A DNA stretch of 29,700 nucleotides from a virus (Duplodnaviria > Caudoviricetes): the IMG/VR virus record IMGVR_UViG_3300005805_000328, positions 1 through 29,700 of that record, one strand, 5' to 3'. Both the position numbers and the translations under genes were made by a program. The stretch's first letter is position 1. Each line of letters opens with the position of its first letter. This document shows, piece by piece, positions 23,001 through 26,835 of this stretch. The notes under the pieces are model-generated. The model was not told the origin of the DNA. It worked only from the letters and a program-made list of their open reading frames with translations, and did no database searches.

Positions 23001-26000
23001 ATCAGCATTGGTGATCAGGATAACAACATCATTTTCCAGATATCAGACAATGCACCAGCACTGTTTACCACAACCAATCCCAGATATATCAAAGCTATCA
23101 CTAGTACCAGTGCTGGTAACAGTCCTGATATAGCACAATTGGCCAGTGGAACCATAGATTTTACTTTTGAGTTTTTCTTCCGGATCCAGACACTGAATCA
23201 GGAACAGGTATTGGTGGATAACTTCAACGCTACACCCAACAACGGATTCAGAATTCTGGTCTCACCCACAAATACATTAACCTGTTCATTCTATGATACT
23301 GTGCCCACACTGAGAACTATCAGTGGTGGCACTGTGTATCGTGACGTGTGGCAGCATGTTGCCATAGAACGCAAAAATAACCAGATGGCATTGTATCTGG
23401 ACGGAGTTCAGATAGGCACCTACTCTGCTGCCACTAACTTTACCAGCACTGACTTGTATCTGGGTATCAAGCGCGATGGCACCAGTCCTGCAGATACCTA
23501 TATGGACGAAGTCAGATTGACTCGTGGTTTGCTCAGATATGATTCTGCAAATTACGAGATTCCGCTAAACGGATACGGACGCAGCACCAATGATGATCCA
23601 TACTTTGATAAAGTTGTGCTGTTAACAGGCTTTGAGTCACTGACCAATGAAATTTACGAATTGGGCAACAGTGATTATGAAATCCGTTTTGAAACAGTGG
23701 GAAATCGCAAAGCATTTAGTGACGTCAGTGTAAATCAGAAAGTTCTCACAGTTCACACAGAATCACTGGTCAAAGTGGAAGGCCAAACTATTTCATCAGT
23801 ACCTTACCGTGTGGTGAAAACTGCAAATGGATCAGTGGAAAACAGCACTTTTGTGACACTGGATTCAGTATGGGATCTTAGCACAGGCATGGTGGTAAGC
23901 GGTTATGGCATAGTAGATGAGCCTAAAATTACTGCTATCAACACCGGAACCAAAACTATCACACTGGATTCTGAACAAACCATTGCTGATGATACCAGTT
24001 TGACCTTTATACCCGACACAGGAAAATCTGACATTCCTGCACTCACTGTGATACCTGCTTCTGTTGGAGGCGAGTATAGTATCCTGGACGCTGGCACTCA
24101 TCCAGACTACAATCTGGGTGTGGGTGATTTCACTGTGGAATATTGGTTCAATGACGTAGCTCACCAGGTAACAGCCAACGTGACTGCTGGTGCCACGGTA
24201 AATTTGGACAGTGTGGACGGTGTGGTTGCCAACATGAAGATGTTTACTGCTGGAAGCACTACACCCATCAATGTCAACAGTGTAAATGTCAGTGCCAAAA
24301 CAGTAACACTGGCCAGCACTGTGACCTTGGCGCTGGGCGATCGAGTAAGATTTATCAAAACCAACGCCAACCTCACAGTGTTTGTACTCAGTGATTTTGT
24401 CAGTGCCAACATTGCAGCCAATGTGTCAGCCAGCACTGTGGTCACACTGCCATCGGGTGTATCAGATTCACTCAGAACCGGAATGTACGTGGACGGATTA
24501 CAGATTGTATCATCCAATATAGCTCCAGTTACCATTGCAGATATTGACAGTGATGGGGTCACCATCACACTGAGTCAGGCTCAGACATTGGTTATGCCAG
24601 CCGAGCTGAAGTTTAATCGCAGCAATTTCAGCCTGACTGGTCAGATACAGACCAATGCCAGCGGCCAGCATCGTGTGGTATTTTACATACAGGATGCCTA
24701 TGGAACCAAACAAACAATGTTGTCAGAGTATTATACTGAAAACGATACACCCTTGTTTGTGTCCCTGGATCGATACAACAGCATACTGAAATTGTTTGTG
24801 AACGGCACATTGATACAGAGCGTATACGCCCCCTATGATTTTGGTGACAGCGACACAGCATTGCCGTTGTTGATGGGCAGCACCACTGATCCTTTTGTGG
24901 GTAAGTTAGCTGATTTCAGAATTACACAGGGAGTCAGCAGATACGGTCAAAGTTCAGTGGTGGACACTTTGATAACCAGCGATTTTGCTGATCAGTATCT
25001 GGGCATCAGAGCAGCTGACATCACAGTGGATGGAACTGGATTTGTTAACAATTTCACTGGTTCCAGCACTGAGGAACACGTTAACGGTCGTTTGTATGAC
25101 ACCTTAAACATGCGTGTTTTTGCACAAGGCACAGCTAATATTGGTTATCGTGTATTCCAGGATATGATGCAAAATGTTTACTATTATGCTATACCGGCTT
25201 CGGGAACCACAACACTATCAGCTAATCTCAGTGCATATGATGACACTGTTTATCTGACCAGTGTGGCAGGCTTTCCAGATACCAATCCTGCCACCAACAG
25301 TCGAGGTGCGTTCTTTGTGGGTGGCGAGCGTATTACCTACTTGTTTATTGATCGAACTTCCAATACAGTAAGTGGTCTGATGCGTGGAACATTGGGTACT
25401 CATGTTCCCTTGGTGCATTCTTCAGGTACTCGTGTTGAAGTAGCCAGCACTGCTGAACAATTCCCAGGATCGGTGGGAATTTATGGTGTTGCTCGTACTG
25501 CTACAGCTAATTCAACAGGTAACACGCTGACTCTGGACAGTGTCAATGACATTACAGTGGGCATGTTGGTACGCACAGGCAGTGTGCAAACCAAATCTGT
25601 AGGAGCAGTATCAGGTAGTGCCATACAAGTGGGTAATGCCGCCGGAATAGTATCTGGCATGCAAGTAAGTGGTGCTAGTTCTGTAAGCACTGCAAATCTA
25701 CTACCCAGAGTTTCATCAGTGTCCGGCAACACTGTGACATTGGATCAGAGTTATGTGGTGTTTGATAATCAATTGCTGACTTTTGCAGCTACAGTGTCCA
25801 GCATTGACGCTGGAAATAGCACAGTGACGCTGAGTTCCAACATAGTCGTCACGGCCAACAGCTTGGTCACAATGGGAGATCTAATCACCGACGCCATTAA
25901 ACCTTTTACCAAAGTTGCCACTAACTCACTGGTAAACCATGCCAATACTTGGTATACTAAAGTGGGTAATAGCCAGGCAGCTGATGGTGCTGGTTTGCAG

Positions 26001-26057
26001 GCAAGCACTACAGAAGTTGCTCTGTTTCTGGTAAATAAACCGGCTTTGCTTCCATAA
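8034..26057 (+). CDS. Giant 6007-aa modular baseplate/virion structural protein (gp7-position wedge scaffold carrying LamG, beta-propeller, CBM-like and YHYH modules)
   Basis: Single 18,024-nt ORF, SD AGGA at 8023-8026, starts 1 nt after the gp6 stop. N-terminal 'DFLPEYFR' resembles the start of gp7/gpI-type wedge proteins; recognisable accessory domains are listed separately. Confidence 0.85.
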   Translation: MAINRTIDFLPEYFRTIANQRFLSSTLDRVISDPAMRKFDGYVGRRYDNGKLLEGNYVTEPSGVREKFQLEPEFVFSENGVNVRSSGFIDVLNSVGVRNGRVDLWNRLLTGNSYSFKSFIDLDKLTNYYNYVWIPEPRVINNGTSNVLVDENPWFRSPIEVSNSDIPSTGSFNVRRTQTGFEVVGYNGINPAIYLRRSTAETTCSYSFNVVADTVNQSIRVPKTVTQANPDASVVVSDAQTKFTTTTARFQNNAGLSIDSSEDFNFKWLPFTVEAWVYVTSVGDTQDHVIVGQWDNTDITNSSWALFRSNNGADNVVKFSWIDLDTGVRNDIAYSDPGGMSLNQWHHVAVSRNNNTIRLYVNGVMVSSATSSTISRSDKPLTVGVSSILTQGFTGYLEDLRITKNIALYATVVYDVPAQNLNNDVDTVMLLNFDGTPGATVFSDSIVLDNSRIWIQTQQGRDGSIPSNPSLDARDVLGVSNNGVTNGTIRFEVPKLDDESYFRNLNLTGVELYDKVDLATTLNFDQINNSIYDLFVQAPIPGQSSELTGRRGGIDGVKSLDGKTLIFVNKQTQGWEREIPLELQGVEYGQYDQFTPVDFSERFGIWQIRVVQKSYEDGSTLNIIQLELIREVDADYRVDVLDGITYRNTSWYKKANAYNPAGSTDALKGFFLRMPQLSGNYTTLYLQDDQSDVNVLPLIIVNSEVPTLDVESEILCKPYYTSGNGIEFINGLHIRFGTDTKPSRYIEYILVDRVTTDVSEGEILDSITATEEITIKLSNVNKIRAGDLLLIDDEYMLVSGVNLAATTVTVVRPQENSVTAPHQSGAFVQVLRKPSYIVEGVGKEIVLIPYQDLVLSEEYLDYAQDPDYITINRASLDRNPWSRSNRWFNKQVVNKSLEYLANQGQIFSSPAVNYNAVRPIVEFVAGLKLYNFGAVALPTVNYLDTNKVNDALSKINGRNITDTQAISIDGNVALNQYDLVIFNADTDAAVRQKIYQVQYVDVDGNYNLFNKADVKVATTANINLSSPGATIDGYTLQTNDRVLVWKQTNAAKNGIYIYNGGVLTRDTDTRNPSSYARGFYVKVINGNTYANTWFRYKVTTVTELIQPKLINNATISSSVIDLDDVSGIEVGMRADCAGFVGESLVNVVDPVLNQVTLSTAISAPAGSTVNFCRMYLDAATDPSTIVFESVTDQGPRVFLQEYSTAIAGSCVSVKQGDQNRGTNWFWDTVTETWTQSSQVKDQIQQKPLFDVFDFNDVSFGDNSVYNSTNFNGSTLFEYKLNPTAANDPVLGFGITYRTINNVGDISFSNTFETDVFNYISNIEAGTSQNVQVNTGTAQIVDSCTGEIKQYDVWQRILNNLELYQNLEVPGSQLVLSSNVNSQTVTGEVVRDINVVLTSVNDIQEGMVVTGPGIVGLPRITSVDAVNKTITLSTIQTLTDSTELVFNSEFRYDIPGTLLVKNTQNAYNNKIFVDGVQLYNDLFTIQQMGNIIRISISVDALDPLNPYYQNISSDSQLLIKLIASTVLPNSWFDVPTQYEINPYNARPIEFTLSDLKSHADALHSNHGHRITPLVTDNSLENQDHRANPGLIMLHEGFSVLPTLMLTDTRYDIERAINTTGRDYEQFKLQFIETSNQIEAIETMSVPQAVDEIFKVLVQNKTSDQAWYTSDMVPINGTAITYLIEDVAQTEYDLSDVFENRASNQAVLVYLNGHQLIRGTDYEFDLTSPVVNILKTLRVNDELRLVEFTNTDGCYVPATPAKLGLGPLFVPEIYLDDTYRTPTRVIQGHDGSIITSYNDYRDQLILELELRIFNNVKLDSDLWNNVIQSRVPDAGKFRELNGNSLYDMTEEASIYRKYFYEWVANNRVNYSVSVYDDSDPFTYNYSGSRDRVTNQLCLGYWRGIYRDFYDTDRPHTHPWEMLGITRKPTWWESVYGPAPYTGTNLVLWEDLKNGVANGGNFKSVLGARSTQIQNTERTGNFTLLDIVPVDSSGTLLNPVDAYLIGGLITSSARNQYTFNDNAPAETAWRRSSSFRFAQLNARILQNPQFMLGTLWDLDNYKPYTLIDSVGTTSASYVGFRYLETQFPGINDVKIHTVDIDSDGNIIRRHSILNFVVETLRGQGQNPEQFKNVIANSNVNLVYKMAAFADVDNIQVYAEQNSAQTQGNTVKVPQEDYELLLSESVPVDVASYSGVIITRSANGYRVTGYDRQYPYFIIYPSNTNTVPRQFQVGSQTYAYYTEFQNNPIYVPYDYEFVSKQTVVDFLVSYGEHLTRQGFVFETQPEQDRINWIDAAIQFIKWSGYNWSTGSGGSQRLSLVLNPGSGILKYTPIAGTLQNLMLPDNLILDENQNIISSRDIDVFRDQDITYINNLQPFSTISALRTNIVTYEHKLIVKNQTVFGDLIFNPALGIRQNRLRITGLKTNDWDGTINSAGHLLMFSSVPEWQPNTDYLQGDIVKYKNRNYTALEPVIGAPEFQVSKFSISDVTYQNRLLPSIGAKTLDLERAYDINHTPNVSDFTRLRCNALGYVERTWLANLGLDLNNQTEFYRGWVKEKGSFNAVDKFTAAGQRDLLADFTVTEEYAIKLGDYGATGRTGYVEVSLINETESNNPLAVEFADGSNSSNLIQVSTSELYKKSTNWTTNFINNAGTLIREEGRFIDAGPVLPTEIYNKAKSTTLEYTAEQEQALTFSSLESLTLTADIQNLLKNVRYGNWIWIAVDETLTTDNKYNVISWKNSSAKLVAIRKNSAQNTLELFLDQVLDLTTDQIVVLDINDANLLLQGAFKVVSNRAMPSTGFVSMLSITSPAVDLLAFDTVEYNTETAGNPVYTYETLRYNDIGSADLNRNLDKLYLPRDRKVYIDYNNLGWAVFDFREPYATGSVNLPDSQNPITGNAVGIITTSIAQDETDRRLWLGKSGNNKVTVKSFRNTNLALGVTGDLNVDFETFTAGPLGGTYEERVDTLALGTQLVNLTQGRAAATATDSSNRGQVYVLQALSDSYAVNQILQGSASSAYYGASTAASTDGEWMFVGETRPSTTGQVYVYKRFNNSNTTANWSVTGNASSNYTMSFTPDNEYSIKVVVAGEIQSPVVNYTLSGNVISFTGNVSGNAITVTQVANYYQMVQTIADPDSSTGGLFGYSLDTNDDGTNLVVGSPFAGTGKVYVFNRDVEKTFIGTAANSVALGSTVGTVAKVVVKKNGVQQTSGTHYTAVTAGNTTVEFTTTLPAGTIVETDLLQYDLVDIVSGGASDTEFGHSVAINDNWLSVGVPKVTNTVDDVTVYNHGRIDLRTLNSEVNSTVTVNQADLLPVPSNKWIRVNGWLVSAGANSVITSANIAGTNGQLTVTGGSYYQGQPITVSGTLSGTGSITGYSNPTTYYVSAVASGTSITITDSYANATAGISSLTTTTGTTTGLTFTLQPCVDVLVNNINNVSDFTGVVATKNAFSNVSISFDSAKFVDGIVTTDYTAVLRNINSNYDLVQSIFNTDLKSRQLGQTVKWITDGVLGVVEDYTDYLDSSQTTFDNIIDIVTTVALTFVNSSVITLDSVDGIEIGYRMTGAGVTGTPTVIGISTSTKSISLSVTQSGLASGTVLTFSDPNASEAPTSSKFDSGGTVFYDRTPQSTQRLLLYQLLRTGRTAMGTSSDTAQLTRVKTIQYDKAGDVNLFFTGNLYRIWVGDSLSNDEFNNVIVYTNENLLKGWTLNRQQQPALEPRSIFRAWIYNERTKEKAVDLDVVDIANGLLPGAIAQYINYISVMDPASYGVPIWRSGYTYEPGSRVMYNGVIYTATETNNTVFFNADRWTASTTPASNTGSTYWGAAQVGQTWFSTAKLRTLLYEQGELADRINNYNRWFRDTDIIIREWVASSVPPAEYTNQDGYVDPAAAFVYNPVNNTYYFWVINKTTVGAKHPVSAADISVGLRDIQGSGLPMIAPATNNSVILYNVKSYVDSAEYVLHIDYVLTDHNNRLHSEYQLLSEDGSLSWLRTPIFAKMVDSLSGIDRDNLEVPDSSLNSEDRYGVLVRPRQSMFRDREKALGIYFDTINRNLRTAIIANINTLENIRLQQDYPSVNTYQFRVPDRETLLILNVADYAENTQVLVESDRTALFAGWNLVKLVNGSWETVNSQFYNLNGYWKYVDWSRDDYQGQPADHTLNHIGYLSSIVPVAGETIEILDNGDRKRAVYVYEADGSLTPVFLQSGTIQFLDNIYSLTGLDEAPFDSTIGFDNDQALSIRLILNALNNNILVDSLSFIADRAFFAVLRYALQESGNLDWLFRTSFVNIKHRVKDLNRQTNFRSDDEQFVRDFIEENKPFHSRIRDYVNSYDLQDNSYVAVSDFDLPALYDEVWYQAQFAGNQGRTRSKQGKFFLNNYTALNLVEDILYIGSNGLANHAMGTWPNTTKLTAQGQEWVFAINTYPVEKPTKYPVRPDSEIGIAINGVPFYSVVGKFQDRLVSAADPSEVEIYTENIVETNGYAGPDASNGYLTTNDAYVYRMDPVLLYTKNPAAHSPILGFALDGYPIYGPYGYANTDGTGGIIRNTSSYRLKTDLRLVQQNIQNGTKYATLGSPDGIYIEDWQYVAGTGTLDQHNGRFVVTPEYPYGTYAYFVTVDENNEPVYPYVIGPTFAGVPTGLRTEYQGETSVPVYENGDYTMPPAPALPYTDWSLRSPSGSFANDYKRFLQSPYRNWFDNYTYDLVRLELADPGKGYTSPPTIVISGGGGSGATAVAAITTTGQVKDSDFIVTPGTGYTSTPTVTVTGGHSVAAWSNATTYSSGTVVSYIPPGGSTLYYESQSGVPAGTPLSNTTFWVELSPNNPQVPRTAVLVPVLENKLIRSFDTTIKFDRVSGTIQDHQTSQTYLTGDVVRNSATGDFYKALAAVPVATALTNTLYWKLMTQSEVINTDAATRITALYEPTNSMVTSDLAQLLTGAEFPGTLVDGYDFVQTHLVPTGALADTQDHQIGQVSVMAQFDSAHYFDTVFSTRQKIRGTRSASFSQSSNRISIGDQDNNIIFQISDNAPALFTTTNPRYIKAITSTSAGNSPDIAQLASGTIDFTFEFFFRIQTLNQEQVLVDNFNATPNNGFRILVSPTNTLTCSFYDTVPTLRTISGGTVYRDVWQHVAIERKNNQMALYLDGVQIGTYSAATNFTSTDLYLGIKRDGTSPADTYMDEVRLTRGLLRYDSANYEIPLNGYGRSTNDDPYFDKVVLLTGFESLTNEIYELGNSDYEIRFETVGNRKAFSDVSVNQKVLTVHTESLVKVEGQTISSVPYRVVKTANGSVENSTFVTLDSVWDLSTGMVVSGYGIVDEPKITAINTGTKTITLDSEQTIADDTSLTFIPDTGKSDIPALTVIPASVGGEYSILDAGTHPDYNLGVGDFTVEYWFNDVAHQVTANVTAGATVNLDSVDGVVANMKMFTAGSTTPINVNSVNVSAKTVTLASTVTLALGDRVRFIKTNANLTVFVLSDFVSANIAANVSASTVVTLPSGVSDSLRTGMYVDGLQIVSSNIAPVTIADIDSDGVTITLSQAQTLVMPAELKFNRSNFSLTGQIQTNASGQHRVVFYIQDAYGTKQTMLSEYYTENDTPLFVSLDRYNSILKLFVNGTLIQSVYAPYDFGDSDTALPLLMGSTTDPFVGKLADFRITQGVSRYGQSSVVDTLITSDFADQYLGIRAADITVDGTGFVNNFTGSSTEEHVNGRLYDTLNMRVFAQGTANIGYRVFQDMMQNVYYYAIPASGTTTLSANLSAYDDTVYLTSVAGFPDTNPATNSRGAFFVGGERITYLFIDRTSNTVSGLMRGTLGTHVPLVHSSGTRVEVASTAEQFPGSVGIYGVARTATANSTGNTLTLDSVNDITVGMLVRTGSVQTKSVGAVSGSAIQVGNAAGIVSGMQVSGASSVSTANLLPRVSSVSGNTVTLDQSYVVFDNQLLTFAATVSSIDAGNSTVTLSSNIVVTANSLVTMGDLITDAIKPFTKVATNSLVNHANTWYTKVGNSQAADGAGLQASTTEVALFLVNKPALLP
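8733..9368 (+). other. LamG/concanavalin A-like lectin domain 1 (within giant ORF)
   Basis: 'FTVEAWVY..IVGQW..LNQWHHVAVSRNNNTIRLYVNG..FTGYLEDLRIT..TVMLLNFDG'. Confidence 0.9.
11067..11600 (+). other. Phage tail-fibre-type module (within giant ORF)
   Basis: 'VKVATTANINLSSPGATIDGYTLQTNDRVLVWKQTNAAKNGIYIY' is a motif I recognise from many phage fibre proteins. Confidence 0.7.
16725..18540 (+). other. FG-GAP/integrin-alpha-like beta-propeller blades with inserted small beta domains
   Basis: 'YYGASTAASTDGEWMFVG..GQVYVY', 'LFGYSLDTNDDGTNLVVGSP..GKVYVF', 'EFGHSVAINDNWLSVGVP..GRI', plus more degenerate blades on either side. Confidence 0.75.
21144..21890 (+). other. YHYH-family domain (signature motif degenerate)
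   Basis: 'SNGLANH', 'IGIAINGVPFY', 'HSPILGFALDGYPIYGPYG', 'SSYRLK', 'LDQHNGRF..TPEYP.GTYAYF', 'YPYVIG'. Confidence 0.85.
22110..22280 (+). repeat. Two G-x-G-Y-T-x-x-P-T-V repeats
   Basis: 'PGKGYTSPPTIVISGGGGSGATAVA' and 'PGTGYTSTPTVTVTGG', a repeat type common in structural proteins of aquatic T4-like phages. Confidence 0.75.
22941..23590 (+). other. LamG/concanavalin A-like domain 2
   Basis: 'DFTFEFFFR..VWQHVAIERKNNQMALYLDGVQ..LYLG..YMDEVRLTRGLLRY'. Confidence 0.85.
23592..24944 (+). other. LamG-like domain 3, interrupted by three repeat insertions
   Basis: Start 'DPYFDKVVLL', core 'GDFTVEYWF' (24126), end 'LKLFVNG..LLMG..FVGKLADFRITQGVSRY'; the pieces are separated by repeat copies. Confidence 0.7.
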
Positions 26058-26060
26058 ATA
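26053..26060 (+). promoter_or_regulatory. T4-late-promoter-like box (CATAAATA) containing the giant ORF stop codon
   Basis: Identical to the box at 4531; 6 nt before ATG 26067. A second TAAATA lies at 26032-26037. Confidence 0.65.
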
Positions 26061-26066
26061 AGACAT

Positions 26067-26213
26067 ATGAACACTGAAAACTCAGATGCCGTGGACCAGA
26101 AACCAGAGCAACCGCAAACCAAAACAAATGAAACTCCAGCGTTGTGGGTAGAGGGTCACTTGAGAATTTTTGATCCAGAAACCAATCAACAGATTGTGAA
26201 TATGAGGGCATAA
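26067..26213 (+). CDS. Small 48-aa protein (MNTENSDAVDQKPEQPQTKTNETPALWVEGHLRIFDPETNQQIVNMRA), not in ORF track
   Basis: Fills the gap between the giant ORF and the next gene, TAATG stop/start overlap with 26213, follows a promoter box, and its C-terminal half aligns with the next protein's N-terminus. Confidence 0.75.
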   Translation: MNTENSDAVDQKPEQPQTKTNETPALWVEGHLRIFDPETNQQIVNMRA

Positions 26214-26821
26214 TGAATATAGCATTGGATATCAAAGGATGGGTGAGTATTACAGATGCACTGACTGGTGAAATACTGGTTGATCGCAAAAACGCCATCC
26301 ATTATGAAAATTTTTCAGAAGCATTAGCCAAGAGCATCACTGCTGGGCCACTCAACGCCAACGACAGTGAGAGCGCCAGTGGTTTTATTAAAACCATGGC
26401 TTTTGGTAATGGTGGCACAGACGTCAGCCCCACTGGAGTAATCACATACAAAACACCCAATTACGCTGGGGTCAATTCCACACTGTACAATCAGACCTAT
26501 AGCAAAGTGATTAGTCAACAGTTTAGCGTAAATGCAGACCCCACCAACAACAAGATGACAGTGAGTCATTTAGTGGGCAAAGCATACACTGACATACTGG
26601 TAAGTTGTTTGCTAAATTACAATGAACCAGCAGGACAATCAGTATCTGATAACACCACTGACTTCAATGACAATTATGTTTTTGATGAACTGGGTCTTAA
26701 AAGTGCTGGTGGGAAACTGCTGACTCATGTGATATTTCACCCAGTACAAAAGAGCTTGAACCGTTTGATTCAGATTGATTACACTATTCGAGTGCAAACA
26801 CTCACCAATTTAAGTAGTTAA
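26213..26821 (+). CDS. Virion protein, probable tail-fibre attachment/adaptor (tail-collar fibre N-terminal-like)
   Basis: 202 aa; 'TMAFGNGG..STLYNQ..VFDELGLKSAGGKLLTHVIFHPVQK..IDYTI' resembles the 'A.GDG..T.L..E.GL..G.L...P..K' pattern of P2 gpH-type N-terminal fibre attachment domains; directly precedes the fibre gene. Confidence 0.6.
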   Translation: MNIALDIKGWVSITDALTGEILVDRKNAIHYENFSEALAKSITAGPLNANDSESASGFIKTMAFGNGGTDVSPTGVITYKTPNYAGVNSTLYNQTYSKVISQQFSVNADPTNNKMTVSHLVGKAYTDILVSCLLNYNEPAGQSVSDNTTDFNDNYVFDELGLKSAGGKLLTHVIFHPVQKSLNRLIQIDYTIRVQTLTNLSS

Positions 26822-26835
26822 CATGGAGTTTCCTA

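Larger units (their letters stand above)
11379..25874 (+). repeat. Dispersed ~55-aa protein repeat, 8 copies (consensus approx. vtLdsV.gi.vGM.v.G.Gi...p.v.si....ktitLs..qt.....ltF)
   Basis: Copies at about 11379-11546, 12207-12368, 18633-18800, 23844-24008, 24189-24353, 24432-24614, 25518-25874 (outer) and 25614-25784 (inner). Similarity is at protein level. Confidence 0.8.
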
